This document shows, one piece after another, positions 25,890 to 38,747 of a stretch of 64,000 nucleotides of DNA (positions are counted from its first letter, which is position 1; each line of letters opens with the position of its first letter). This stretch comes from Basidiobolus meristosporus CBS 931.73 (taxonomy: Eukaryota > Fungi > Basidiobolomycota), in NCBI GenBank assembly GCA_002104905.1, contig MCFE01000472.1, forward strand, positions 1 through 64,000. Direction: 5' to 3'. A model generated the notes under the pieces. The model was given only the letters and a program-made list of their open reading frames with translations, was not told where the DNA came from and did not search any database. Both the position numbers and the translations under genes were made by a program.

Positions 25890-26787
25890 ATGAGCTTCCC
25901 AGGGTATGAATACGCTGGCACCTCGTGCGTTGTATTGGGTCCTGATCGATGGTAGGTTCCCCGGTTTCTTCCCTGAGTGCTGAAAGTATTTCTCTGGTAC
26001 CGCCTCTCTTACGCTTCCAATTTGCTTCAAAGTGGGAAAACCTCTTTCGCCTTAAAGACATGTCTTACTCATCTGGCTCAAAACGCTGAAAACGAGGTAC
26101 TCTTCGTCGTTCAAGATAGAGAGCAAATGAAAGAATTACTGGCCCACCAGATCGACCACTCGACAGGGAGTTCTACCCTACGAAGGATTACTTTCAAGTG
26201 AAACTTTCCATTGCATTATTCCCCCTCACTATTGCTCTGACCTGATCTATTCGTGCGATATAGATACATCAAGGAGGCTAGAACGTTGAGAGTCTTTTTA
26301 GCTTCCTTGCATGTTTTTCTCGAGGAGACGCGCTTTCCAACTATGTTGGTTGTGGATAATTTTTATGGTTATTTTGGGCAAGATGTGAAGTGAGTGGATG
26401 AGGGGTTGTTTTGTCTTGTGTCTCAATGCACTTGACTGATCCGTGCTTTAGCGAGGAGCTGTTTGTAGGGTTGCTTGGGTTACTACAAGATACCGTGCTT
26501 TTCATTAGCCAAACTCGTAGGTAAATTGGTTATTTGAGTCCAAACATTCCTTGCGCAGTTGTGATTGATACTGTATGGATTTCCAAACAACACAAAGATG
26601 TGATCTTTTGATCATTGATAGGTTGGACATTCCAGAGATTGTTACAAAATTCCTAGTAGACGGCGAATTCAGCACAGTGCACCCTTTCGATATCTATGAA
26701 CATTTTGTTGATTCAGTGATCGCAATACAAGGTAGTCACATTATAGCTATATCTAAGGAATGGTTGCGGGTGAAATCCAACTTTTAA
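25890..26787 (+). CDS. SWSAP1-like RAD51/RecA-fold paralog (Shu-complex type); predicted join(25890..25951,26033..26197,26264..26389,26452..26520,26622..26787)
   Basis: Splicing four GT-AG introns gives Walker A CVVLGPDRCGKT, then EVLFVV, RITFKYI, PTMLVVDNFYGYF (Walker B) and GLLGLLQDTVLF, paralleling recalled human SWSAP1 motifs. The last intron is the least certain. Confidence 0.65.
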
Positions 26788-27015
26788 TCTTTTGCTTGGT
26801 TCTTGTACAAAGGCAGTCCGCCAGATCTCGTTTTATCTACTATTCATTCAAAGTCCTTTTGCCATAGAAATTGCATTCCAAAGCAAGAGCCACACGTAAT
26901 TCGACAGGTGGAATACACGCTATCGAACTCCGATCATCAACAATATCATTCAAACAGTACCTCAACGTGATAGGATACGACGCCGCTGTGGTTCACCCTT
27001 CAATCGATATCGTTG

Positions 27016-27886
27016 TCAACGATATCTGTCTCTGCTTGCCTCTCGCTCTCCAATTCTTCTTGTGAAACAAGCTCGAATACAACCACAAAAAAGATGGTTT
27101 TGCCATCTCTTGATTGCGCTACATACTTTAGAGGCTTTAAAAAGCAAAATCGTGTTAATAAATGTCAATCGGAAAGTGTTGAAATGATCAATACGTCACC
27201 TGGCCATCGTAGTATTTCATCACATCTAGCTCAAATCCAGGTAATACCAAGGAATGTGAATTGAAGTTGATGTAGGGATTGAAGAAGTCGAATTGGTAAA
27301 GCATATCAGTTCGCAGCTTAACAGCTTTTCGGTTCTCAGCCTTGGAAAGATAATCACGCCGTTCAGCAGAAGTCAATTGTTTTTCCAAAAGAGAAGAGGT
27401 GTCTTCTTGGATACGTTGGATGAGGCCCTCAGAAAGCTGGATGTCTTGATGAGCGGGTTTGACGTTGACAACATTCATGGTGACCAGCAATGGACTGAAT
27501 GCCCAGGGCTGTTCACTATAAATGTCCGCCTCCAAACCTGGGTCTATCCATTTTGCTATCTTAAGTGCCACTCCTGCACCATATGGTAGGTTGAGTTTAT
27601 TGTCAAAGGAGTTGCCAAACACTACATCGTCAGCATTCCATTCCTGTTTGAAACGCCCTTGGACTTGTATGGAGTACTGATCTTTGTTCCCTTCGAAATA
27701 CGGACTGTTCTTTAGAGGTTTACTACCGTCTGGTGTTACTCCCTCGTAATCTCGTATACGCACAATTAGTCGCCCTGTAAAATAAGGAGAATCAAGTATG
27801 ACTGGGTTATTCTCGTCATTCACTTTGATCACCGGTAAATTCTGCACTTCGGTGTTGGTACCAGCACGAACCCTAAGTATATACAT
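27016..27886 (-). CDS. DUF1769 family protein; complement(join(27016..27134,27200..27886))
   Basis: LRVRAG, VNDE, SPYFTGRLIVRIRDY, YSIQVQGRFK, DDVVFGNSFD, IDPGLEAD, FDFFNPYI, and spliced YYDGQ|PLKYV are characteristic of fungal DUF1769. Confidence 0.85.
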
Positions 27887-29012
27887 TGTAGTGGCGTTAT
27901 GTGGGTTTTGGGCGACGCAGATTTGTAGTGTAGAATGAACTTGGAGTTTCTTGTGTGGTACACAATTGAGACTTGGCTTATATAGCAACTACGGTCCTCG
28001 TGATGACTTACCGATGACACAATTTAGTGATTTCTGATTCAGTGACGTTTTCCCCCCTCATATGCCAAAGTGAGGATCTGGTCACATATGCTATACGAAT
28101 GACCCAAGCTCCGCCCTCCCTTCGTTCGTATCCACCCGTAAGAAAGATACAGAGCTCCGCTACAAGGCCAAGAGAGATAACCACCCCCTTAGATTTGCTT
28201 AGTCGATACCAAAGAGGCTGGAGATAATTACTCGAATAATACAACGATTTAAGAATAAAGCACCGAGCAGGTCTATGCATGCAATGATATCAGATGAATT
28301 CATATAGTTTTGTCAACGTCGGTTACTAGAGAGGGTGGACGAAAGACAGATTCGTTAAAGTACCTCTACATGGACTAACCTCTCACCCGTATTTTGCATC
28401 CTTGTTGATTGAATTCAAGTTAATCAAGAGCCAAGGATAGGCGATATCTTGGGGTAACTGTTAATTAAATTAGATACATTCATGCACGGCTGCGATATAT
28501 TAAATTCACCAGCATCATGACCAAATTAATATTGAGTTGCTTTGATATCTTCAAGTATTGAGCGGTTGCATCGTGCAGAACAAAGGCAGATAAATGACAT
28601 TTGTTAGGGTTACATTGGAATTTACTTCTATATATGGCAATAATTGGTCATATAGCTCAATACTCATCTAAAAAGTCTAAAATTGTGACTGATTTCTAAT
28701 GCCCACAGGTCAGTATTGCGCCATTGAAGGGAAATGGCCCGGCTCTACATAACATCTCAAAATATATGAAAAATCTATAAGGCTAAACATAGGAGAAATT
28801 CTATTGGTTGCTGTCCTCAAGCGATAATATGCGAAGATACAAGCAAATGAGCTTCCTTGGATACTTTTCGAGCAGGTCAACTTCGAGTAAAATACACTAG
28901 CTGTGATACACCGAAGACAAAGATCGTCTTGTTATAAGCAAAATATACAAGTCCAATAAAGAAAATATAGAAAAAGCTAGAATACACCTGGCAAAATCGT
29001 GAGCGGCCCTGT

Positions 29013-29930
29013 TCATTGTCTGCCGGTGACCCTCGTCGTTGGGTGGCTGAAGTTGGCTGGAAGTGTCGTTTTGACCATAGGATTGTAGGTAACTCGAGGA
29101 TTAGGTAACAAGGGGCTAACTATGGAACGGCATGATATCAGCCGATTCTCCAGTATCTTCACTCTCTCCATGATTTCCTGGATTGTTGCCATAGGGTTCG
29201 TTCCTTTTCGTTGATAATCGACGAACTTGTGAGCAGTTGGCAGAGGTGATGGCGGTGTGGAGCTGTGTGAGTGTAGATGATCTGGAGTATTGTCCAAGTT
29301 GTCGCACATTTTCCTATAGGGAGTAGGGGATGGTGATGGATTAGAAGGAGTGGGACTGAGCGCGGGGGACACGAGCGCGTTGGAGCGAGTTACTGATAGC
29401 TCATTCTCAAGGTCCCGAAGTTCATCTTTGAGTCGTTGCATCTCTTCCTTCATACGATTACACTTGTTTGTTTCACGCTCGAACTTTTCTTTCCACTCAC
29501 GAGCTTCATTCGATTTCCCCTCCATATCTGCCATTGAGCAATGGGCCGCTCGCTTGAAATTTTCGAGCTCCTCATTTTCCATTTCCAGATCCACAGCCTT
29601 ACGCTGCATTTTACCGTATCCATCACGAAGCGTTTCAAGCTCTTTCTGAAGTGAGCCGATGGTGTAGTTTGACTCAAGACTGGCAGTTCTTCGTTTCTCT
29701 GTTAATATGTCCAGTTCTTGCAAGAGGCTTTGGTTCTGACTTCTCAGCTTATTGTTTTGGGCTTCAAGCGCTTGCAGCTCTCGCTCCAACTCTTCCTCGA
29801 GCTCTTTTGACGAGGACTGAAAAGCATCGGAAGTTATCTGTATCTCCTTCAGCTCCTTCTCTAGGGAATAGTACATGGTTTTCCAATACACGACTTCATC
29901 TTTAGGGTCGGCAAATGACTTTTCTGACAT
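29013..29930 (-). CDS. nudE: NudE/NDE1 nuclear distribution protein (dynein regulator)
   Basis: YWK...FQSSSKELEEELERELQALE coiled coil, LEMENEELE, QRLKDELRDL, and NUDE_C-like IQEIMERVKILENRLISCRSIV. Likely start MSEKSF at 29930. Confidence 0.9.
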   Translation of the reverse strand: MSEKSFADPKDEVVYWKTMYYSLEKELKEIQITSDAFQSSSKELEEELERELQALEAQNNKLRSQNQSLLQELDILTEKRRTASLESNYTIGSLQKELETLRDGYGKMQRKAVDLEMENEELENFKRAAHCSMADMEGKSNEAREWKEKFERETNKCNRMKEEMQRLKDELRDLENELSVTRSNALVSPALSPTPSNPSPSPTPYRKMCDNLDNTPDHLHSHSSTPPSPLPTAHKFVDYQRKGTNPMATIQEIMERVKILENRLISCRSIVSPLLPNPRVTYNPMVKTTLPANFSHPTTRVTGRQ

Positions 29931-32516
29931 GAAGGTATATTTGATAATAGGTAATTTTGGTAAAGCAGGGGATTGTGTCTTGGAGAAGGAATATATAAAA
30001 ACTATAAACTCGGCGTGAAGAAGAGTAAATAGCCACAATATGAGAGGGGATGGTGGACTGCTTTATTATATATGAGAGGGCGACTGATTAAATGCACTAA
30101 TTAGATATAAGCTAAGGTTGGATTCAGTGATTTGGTGCCAATTCGATTAAAACTTGTGATGCAATCTCATGCATCAGTGATCATAACCGATTCTCAAAAA
30201 TAAAGTGATTATGCCGGATTGTTTTGTGCATTCATTGACTACTAGGATAGACTTGCGCCATTTTCGATTATTCCAAGAGAGCCTCACATAAAACAACGAA
30301 GATAATTGTCTAGTGTGGCATGCTGTAAACCGGCTGATTTGCTTACCCAAGATGATTGTTCACGTATCTACGGTGGGCACTGGAGCCTGAATACCTCAAA
30401 CCAGGTGATGTTTCAGAAGGATTAACAGACGATGGATTTCAGTTCGAGACACAGGAGTTGTGACAAAAACTCCCATGCTGAAAGCAGAGTTGCCTCAGGA
30501 TTGGAAATAGGCGGTAGTCCATGTTGCCTAGGAGCCGATATGATGCCATATTGTCAAGGCTTGAGGTAGTGTATGGGGAGTTGTAGAGTCGTGATTGGCC
30601 AGCCCACAGGCTGATACAGATGGAGATTTAATCAAACTGTTTGAATGGTGTGCTGGCCATCCGCAGCCCGTATCAAAATTCATTCTAACAAGGTACCAGC
30701 GCTAAGACATATTTTCCTTGTTTTACAGGCCTCATACAATCCAAGTGGGAGAATGGATTGGAAGTTATAGACAAACATTCCACCTCTACCCCTGTGTGGG
30801 GGCAGGACAGATCAACAAGATTGTTGGATCTATGGGCCCTCGTAGTGTCAAATCGGGCTGAGGTGATGAGGAGGGTCAGCGAACACACAACCCAAGCAGC
30901 CATATTATGAATCTAGAAGTCGACCGATATGAGACCAGTGGGATGATTTGAAATGAAATTTAACAAAGTGATTCCTATGTGCTCAGTAAATCGTTGCTCG
31001 TATAAACAGAGCATCTGTTTAGATGACAAGTTGGATTAGCCTGGTGAGAACATCTTCGCGTTGTTGGTAATAATAAGTGAATTAGTGATTAATACAGTGC
31101 GATGTGTGATTTATGATCAGACCATATATTGGTTTCAATTTTCAATAGTTCACAGTCAAACCTGGTAATTCTCAGATCTCATTGTGTGATGGCCCGATTG
31201 AGTTCTCCCTTGCACGCTCCAATAATTTTAATGTATAGTTATGGTGCTTGCTGTTTGTCGAAATCAGAATTTCTTTGTAACTACTTCCGGTATTTAATGA
31301 ACACGCATATTCCTGTGATTTCGTTGTGGAGCTTGCCAATAGCCATGGAAAGTTACTATGATGAATGCGGTAGTTAGCAGATTACACGCTAGGCTCCTAC
31401 TTTTGGAAACAAAGTGGCCATATTTTGTCGGGATATATTAGTCTAAAGAGTTTCATAGACGTTGCAGTTCTTTCTGTATAATCGAATTCAACTAATCGAG
31501 TACGCATGAATAGCGTACAACCTTCAATAGAATGAATATTCTTTGAGTGACGATCATTCAAACATGATTCTCTGAAACTGCTGCACGTGTATTATCTTGA
31601 TGGAGAATCAGGAAATCCAACTTTTCAGCTTCTAGCAGGCAGATGATTTGGTTGTATTTCTACCATTAGGTACATGTTGTTAAAGTGCATGGTTGCTGAA
31701 TATCTATAATTAGGCTGCCTCCGCTATGGTTCCACTTGTGTGGGTCGTTTCATTCCTATTTTTCCATAAACAAACAGTATAGTTGAGGGTAAACTGCCTA
31801 TTTTCAAGCCCTGACAAGCCTCTTGTATTAATAGCTTTCCGGTAGTGCTTATGCAACTAAGGGTGCCTGTAGAGTGATGGTTGCCCCTACAGAGTAAATA
31901 CACACGTTGGATAGGAGACCAAAAAATTCCATTGGCTGCAGAGAGCAGATGTTACAAGATTACAAACTGTCAGATACCAAGTTTACTCAAGCATGGGCTC
32001 GGCCAAATATGTGAACCTCACTTTGCCAAGGAAGAAAAGTATGCTCAGACAAGTCTATGTTTCAAGATCGTTAGTACACACCCCTGGTGCGGGGTAACCT
32101 TGAGGTATACCAAGTAGATCATTTTAGTTTGTTTACAGTCGGACATGGAGCTGATCAAAGCCCCAACCTCCTGCAGTGCCGCAAAATTATTGACTAATGT
32201 TTACTAGTCGGTGAATATCTATGTATGCCGAATGAATGTTTTTCAAGAACCAAACGTAGGCAAAGTCATTTACCAATCAACGCTGCGCTTCTCAGCTTCG
32301 AACAGTATAAAATGGTAGCTGTACTTCCACTTCACTTTAGAACAAGTGACTTTAGGCCAACAAGACAACGCTTTCATACCAAGGATCCATATACTCTCTA
32401 GAATTCCCTCTTCTCAGTTCGAACATTAAGCGAGTCAGTATATACGTATATATATATATATATACACCATTGGGATTTGACTACTTGTTACCGGAGATTC
32501 CAAATATTTACTTGAG

Positions 32517-34412
32517 ATGAGGTTCATTTCTGCTATCTCGATTTTTATTGTTCTCGAGGTGGTACAGTCAGCTGTGATCGAGTCTTCACACTCGAAACAT
32601 CCTGTACGTATGTCGATCTCCGCAGCTAAGAGTTCTGTCCGACGAATTCGTAGATCGCCAGTGGAAAATGACTTTAATGAGTTTTTGGAAATAAGCACAA
32701 AAACATCTGATATTTCTGGAAATATCAGCAAGTCAATGAGTCGAACCATGGATGCTGTTTCAAGTAGAAGACGTAGAAGACCCGGGTATCAGGGTGGTAG
32801 AAACCCAAAAGATAATAACCGGAGATATCCGGGAATGAAGGGCTCAGATGGCAGACGACCTCCCGATGACAGCGAACATAATATCCTGAAAGGCTTAAGT
32901 GAGACTATAAACAGCAAAAACCTCAAAGGAAGAATTGGGGTTGGTAATGGTGGCTATAGACATCCAAAGGATAACAATGGCAATGGGAGCTCTAAGGATG
33001 GTAATGGAAACGCGAACGACAATGGTAGAAATGGAAGCTCAAAGGACGGTAGCAATTCCCGTAATGACGGTAACGATGGATCTAAAGACAACAATGAAAA
33101 CGGTAACAGAAATGGCAATGGTAATGGTGGCAACGGAAATCCTAAGGACGGCAATGGCAACGGTAATGGCAATGGTGGCAACGGAAGTCCTAAGGACAGC
33201 AGTGGCAACGGCAATGGTGGCAACGGAAATCCTAAGGACGGCAATGGCAATGGCAATGGCAATGGTGGCAACGGAAATCCTAAGGACGGCAGTGGCAACG
33301 GCAATGGTGGCAACGGAAATCCTAAGGACGGCAATGGCAACGGCAATGGTGGTAACGGAAATCCTAAGGACGGCAATGGCAATGGCAATGGTGGCAACGG
33401 AAATCCCAAGGACGGCAATGGCAATGGCAATGGTGGTAACGGAAATCCTAAGGACGGCAATGGCAACGGCAATGGTGGCAACGGAAATCCTAAGGACGGC
33501 AATGGCAACGGCAATGGTGGTAACGGAAATCCTAAGGACGGCAGTGGCAACGGCAATGGTGGCAACGGAAATCCCAAGGACGGCAATGGCAATGGCAATG
33601 GTGGTAACGGAAATCCTAAGGACGGCAATGGCAACGGTAATGGCAATGGTGGCAACGGAAATCCCAAGGACGGCAATGGTAATGGCAATGGCAATGGTGG
33701 CAACGGAAATCCTAAGGACGGCAATGGCAATGGCAATGGTGGCAACGGAAATCCTAAGGACGGCAGTGGCAACGGCAATGGTGGCAACGGAAATCCTAAG
33801 GACGGCAATGGCAATGGCAATGGTGGCAACGGAAGTCCTAAGGACGGCAGTGGCAACAGCAATGGTGGTAACGGAAATCCCAAGGATGGCAATGGCAATG
33901 GCAATGGTGGCAACGGAAATCCCAAGGATGGCAATGGCAATGGCAATGGTGGCAACGGAAATCCCAAGGATGGCAATGGCAATGGCAATGGTGGCAACGG
34001 AAATCCTAAGGGCGGTAATGGTAATGGAAACCCCAAAGACGGCGGCGGCAATCCGAAAGATAGCAATGGCAACGGTAATCCCAAGGACAGCAACGGGAAT
34101 GGAGGGAATGGAGATCCAAAGGATAACGATGGGAAGGATAGCAGCAATGGTGGCAACAACTCAAGCAATGGTGGAGACCCTAAGGACAATAATGGCAATC
34201 CAAAAGACAACAACGGTGACGGAAATCCCAAGGATACCAACTCAAGTAGCGGTGGAAACAACTCTAGTAAGAATGGGAAGGATGCGAATAGAGGGGGATA
34301 TAACAATCCATCTTCAACCAACACCAACAGGCCATCTCCAACAAATTGTAACCGTCTTATCAACCTCAATCTGAATCTTCTCGGACTTCCTGTGAGAGCC
34401 TGCCTTCTCTAA
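32517..34412 (+). CDS. Secreted Gly/Asn-rich tandem-repeat protein, 631 aa, intronless, unknown function
   Basis: N-terminal signal peptide, basic sites RIRR and RRRRR, about 21 [14 protein letters not shown]-type repeats, and C-terminal [21 protein letters not shown]. Confidence 0.88.
   Translation: MRFISAISIFIVLEVVQSAVIESSHSKHPVRMSISAAKSSVRRIRRSPVENDFNEFLEISTKTSDISGNISKSMSRTMDAVSSRRRRRPGYQGGRNPKDNNRRYPGMKGSDGRRPPDDSEHNILKGLSETINSKNLKGRIGVGNGGYRHPKDNNGNGSSKDGNGNANDNGRNGSSKDGSNSRNDGNDGSKDNNENGNRNGNGNGGNGNPKDGNGNGNGNGGNGSPKDSSGNGNGGNGNPKDGNGNGNGNGGNGNPKDGSGNGNGGNGNPKDGNGNGNGGNGNPKDGNGNGNGGNGNPKDGNGNGNGGNGNPKDGNGNGNGGNGNPKDGNGNGNGGNGNPKDGSGNGNGGNGNPKDGNGNGNGGNGNPKDGNGNGNGNGGNGNPKDGNGNGNGNGGNGNPKDGNGNGNGGNGNPKDGSGNGNGGNGNPKDGNGNGNGGNGSPKDGSGNSNGGNGNPKDGNGNGNGGNGNPKDGNGNGNGGNGNPKDGNGNGNGGNGNPKGGNGNGNPKDGGGNPKDSNGNGNPKDSNGNGGNGDPKDNDGKDSSNGGNNSSNGGDPKDNNGNPKDNNGDGNPKDTNSSSGGNNSSKNGKDANRGGYNNPSSTNTNRPSPTNCNRLINLNLNLLGLPVRACLL
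33110..34100 (+). repeat. Coding minisatellite, 42-bp unit (some 48-bp variants), about 21 copies then degenerating
   Basis: Unit approximately ggcaatggcaacggcaatggtggcaacggaaatcctaaggac, visible directly. Confidence 0.97.
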
Positions 34413-35479
34413 GCGTATCCACGTACTGATACCTTGAAATGTGATAGCCGATCCAGTATAATATCAAATGATTAGAGTGATCTATAACTAGAGATACTAT
34501 TTATATTACTTGAATTCAGATATATAGAAGCTTATGAAAGCAATAAATTTGACAGTGTTATGTACTTGAAGAGTAATGTCCTTTAAAGAGTACGTAAATA
34601 GATAACGTGTATGTTATCTCGTAGATTCGACAGGTTAGTGTGAGAATATCTACTAAAAGGTTAGGAAGGTGACTTGTAGAAATATATTCAAGGTAATTAT
34701 TGTCTCTACTACTCTTCCTACTTCTGGCCAAACTTTATTTGATAGTTTGATTGGTATTATATCTTATTGTGAGTCTGGTGATTTGTCTCTTTTACTTTTC
34801 CCGGGCTACTGAGTCGTCTTTGTATGTGTTGATGTCACTTAACATCGCGTGACTCCTTACTCTGTAACAACAGCATAGTCTGCAAAAAAAACCTAGCAAA
34901 AACAATAGCCGTCCTAGTTACTGGATTGTTATAATTTGATAAGCAGCTTCAGCATCAATGATAATAGATGAACGGGAAGCACCGAACTCTCATTGCTCCT
35001 CAAATAACTCGCAACCTTACTGAAAAACCCTTGGGATCTCTAAAACCCCACTCAACCCCCTTGGTTATATGCTGCTTATGATACTTGGATTGCGGTTAAG
35101 TGCGCGTTACTGGTACCCGCCAGGTGAAGGCAAGCTAAAATACTAAACTTGGCGTGTATTAGGAACTACGTAAATGTACTTCATACATACAATTGAAACC
35201 AAGGTGATACGAGACATGAGATTCAAAGAGCTGGCAAAAATGCTCCAACCCAAAGTGCTTACGGCTTAAAACGCCGAGGAAAGGCTCTAGCTTAGCATTT
35301 CCTTACCTACAACATCGACTCACGCCCACCTAGGTGTTTTCGATATCATCCAAAAAGGCTGGGTTTGGTGAAAGGTTTGGAGTTTATTAATAAGTCGAGT
35401 AAAATTTCTTACGGGACTCATTGATACAAGTTTCTGATGATCTGAGACTTCTGTAAATTCCAACTGGTAAGGAACTGGA

Positions 35480-35878
35480 TTATTCATTAGTCTTCTCTAA
35501 TCCGTATCCTTTGCCAACTCCAATACCACCGGAGCCGCTTCCACCAATGTCACCATCTCCACGGACGCCTTCTTTATCAAGCTTTCCTTTACCGGTAGCT
35601 CCGAAGTTACCCTTGAGTCCTCCAGCTAGGCCGGGGATAAAGCGACTCTTGTATCCGGCTTGTCCGACTCCACCCAAAGATCCTTCGCCATTAGCGGAGA
35701 TGTTCTCTCTGAGGTAATCGTAGAATGTCTTGATGAATCCTGGAAGACGAACAGAGTCTTTAGCTTCAACCGCGGGAGCTTCAACAACACCAGCGCCAGC
35801 ATCGGCATCTTGGGGAAGAGCGTATGCAAGTTGACTGAAAGCAATAGCTCCAAGAACGATGGCGGCGAAGGATCTCAT
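35480..35878 (-). CDS. Small secreted glycine-rich protein, family member A (132 aa)
   Basis: Signal peptide ending AYA, TATATAAA at 35946-35953, near-identical inverted paralog at 40799-41200. Confidence 0.88.
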   Translation of the reverse strand: MRSFAAIVLGAIAFSQLAYALPQDADAGAGVVEAPAVEAKDSVRLPGFIKTFYDYLRENISANGEGSLGGVGQAGYKSRFIPGLAGGLKGNFGATGKGKLDKEGVRGDGDIGGSGSGGIGVGKGYGLEKTNE

Positions 35879-37498
35879 GATAAAGGCAGGTTGATTGAAC
35901 GGAGAGGAGATGGTGGTGGTGAGGAATATTGTACACGACGGTGGGTTTATATAGATTGCTGATTACTCGATAACATCACATATCCATGAAGAATGTTTCA
36001 TCCAAGTAGAGAATATGAGATTTTCGTACGCATGAAAGCCTCGCGTAATGAGTGATTTCGTTAGATAGTTTAGATAGCGTTTACCTTTTCATTGGCCGTT
36101 TGCTCATTTACCTTATGAAACATCGTTCCAAAGTAATAGGGATTAATGATAAAATACACAAGGCGCATACCCCTTGCATTTTCCCATCAGTAGCTTATGA
36201 AATCCCAGTGTGATCAGGATAGCTGCAAGCATCAATGAGCCGGTGTGTTGTACTTGTCTAACTCCAGATGCTCATCTGCATAGAATAGTTGAATGAATGT
36301 TGGCTGCAAATATGATTTCCATACGTACATTCGCTTTGCATCGTTATTCCAGCTCGCTTGATCCTCTCATCGGCCGTATTCTCGTCACTCTGCGATCCGA
36401 AACTATCGGATTCGGCGAATAGCCCCAGGGATTGATAGTACAGGATTAGGATGTACACAGCCGACCCTTGGATTGGGCCAATAACCAGGAGATTTGAAGA
36501 TGAGGGGATTGCCGTCATAGTTATGTTGAGGATGAATATGGAAGCAACTGTGCTCCTGAAGCTTCCTTCTTAACCTGTTTATTAATCACCTGTTCATTTC
36601 CGGTAATTGGGCATTGTATTTGCGAAATACATCATCGCTTTGGACATTAGATTCCCCTTAACATTGATTCCTCAATTATTGCTTAGTATGCCAGCATTAT
36701 TCATTGACATTTTTGATGATGAAAAATCATAATCAAGATGGGGAATCATTACAACCGAACTTGCCAGGTATACTGTGTCAAATTTGACAAGTTCTCAATG
36801 CCCGCAGGCTACCAAGATTGCCTTATTAGATAGTGATTAGAACCAGCCTATTCCGAATGCTGATTGGACGACGCCTGGATCAGCAGTATATTTGCAGAGA
36901 AAATCCTGCTCCAAAATGGATTACCTCAATAGGATAGTTTCGTTCTGCAGTTGACTGCAATATGTAGGGTGTACAAGAACCTAAAAAATTAGAAAGTCAC
37001 AGTAGCAAATGTCTGCTGGCCACAGGTAAATTCAGCAAAGCGTAACGAACAACCCCATTCTTTCGGGATATCTCGTCATGTAGGCTACTCTAGTAGAGGT
37101 GTATGATTATTGGAACCTCGTGTGATGTTGAGGGCTTGCAATGTTGCGAGGTTTGAAGGTTTGGTGCCGGTGGCGCATGTTTTGAAATATTCCCCGTTGT
37201 TGTATTTCAAAGAGCCCGTTTCCATCAAGATATTAGCGCGTTTTTCGGTCTGTTAGATACCGCCTAATCTAATCATGATCAACAACGAGGTGCAGTATGC
37301 TCCAGAGTTGGTACCTCAAGAAGATACATTTAGTTCTTACCATTGCTAAAATTTGCATGCTTTTTTACTGAGAGGTCTGAAATGAAACAAAGAAATGCTA
37401 CATGTGTGCTCGAGTTTAACGAGGATACTTGGGGCTAGGTTGACTAGGGTTTTCAAAAAGACTTGTTGGTGGCCCAATTGAATCAAGACTCAAAAAAT

Positions 37499-38747
37499 CT
37501 ATTTACGGTTCAAAACACGTTTAGCAACGCTAGCAATGAGCTCGGTGGTAGGGAGGGCAAGGTCTTCTAAAGGCTTTGCGTATGGCATTGGAACGTCAGC
37601 CCCAGTAACACGCTCAACTGGGGCATCAAGATAGTCAAAGGCTTCAGATTCCATGATTTGAGCGCAAATTTCGGATCCTACACCGAATTGAGGCCAGCCG
37701 CCTTCGATTGTGATGAGGCGATTGGTCTTCTTGACTGATTTGATGATTGTCTCAATATCTAGAGGACGGATAGAGCGCAGGTTGATCACTTCAGCATTAA
37801 TACCTTCCTTGGCAAGAAGTTCAGCGGCAGCTAGAGCATCACCAACAGGCTTGGAATGAGCAACCAAAGTAACGTCGGTGCCTTCGCGCTCAATCTTGGC
37901 TTTTCCGATCTCAATAACGAAGTCTTTGTCAAGGGCCTCTTCAGAAATATCAAAGGAAGATCCATACATGATTTCGTTTTCCAGGAAAACAACTGGATTA
38001 GGATCGCGGATGGCAGCCTTAAGGAGACCTCTGGCATCCTCGGAGTTCCAAGGAGAAAGAACCTTGAGACCAGGGATAGAGCCATACCATGCCGCATAGC
38101 ACTGAGAATGCTGAGCACCTACGCCAGCCGCGGCGCCGTTGGGACCACGGAACACTATGGGGCAGTTCACCTGACCACCAGACATGTAGTGTGTTTTGGC
38201 AGCCGAGTTTACGATATGGTCAATAGCTTGCATAGCGAAGTTGAATGTCATGAACTCGACAATAGGCTTGAGGCCACTCAGAGCACTGCCGACAGCAATA
38301 CCAGCAAAGCCCATCTCGGTGATTGGGGTATCGATGATGCGTTTGGCACCGAATTTATCAAGGAGACCTTTGGAAACCTGATCATTGAAAAAAGCATTGG
38401 CCGCGAGCCCAGTAGGGACCTCAAATGTGGGCAAAGACCAACCTTGTATGCACCATTGTATTGGGCGACCTCCTCTCCCATGAGATATACCTTCTCGTCC
38501 CTGGTTAGTTCTTCGTCTAATGCAGAGTTGAGAGCATCGCGCACAGTCATCTAGGCATTCAAATGAGAAGTTAACACCGGGGTCTTGACAAAAGAAATGG
38601 AGGTCAAAGTACCTGCTTTGAGGCAGAAGAATTGAAACGAGCTTGAGCAAAGAATCTGGGAGCAGTGCTACTAGCACCCAAGGCCAGTATCTTGGTATTT
38701 GCGTGAATCTGGCTTCTAATCAAAGAGGAAATGCTTGAACGGAACAT
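37499..38747 (-). CDS. PDB1: Pyruvate dehydrogenase E1 beta subunit, mitochondrial; complement(join(37499..38377,38443..38550,38613..38747))
   Basis: Mitochondrial presequence; [65 protein letters not shown]; two GT-AG introns in frame. Confidence 0.98.

Noticed and set aside
30420-30960. Possible LINE RT or pseudogene fragment between nudE and the GN-repeat gene
   Set aside because: Only a vague PF...RPVKQG resemblance, no YADD motif and no continuous frame.
32935-34374. 479-aa (+) [14 protein letters not shown] and 471-aa (-) [12 protein letters not shown]
   Set aside because: Shadow frames of the 42-bp repeat, which lacks stops in those frames. Only the 32517 frame has a signal peptide and coherent unique flanks.
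32935-34400. Repeat array as a CRISPR-like locus
   Set aside because: Contiguous in-frame coding repeats with no unique spacers, in a eukaryotic context.
37856-38554. 232-aa antisense ORF over PDB1 (also antisense ORFs over the deacetylase, nudE and the Gly-rich genes)
   Set aside because: Expected by-product of codon bias on the opposite strand; no recognisable motifs.
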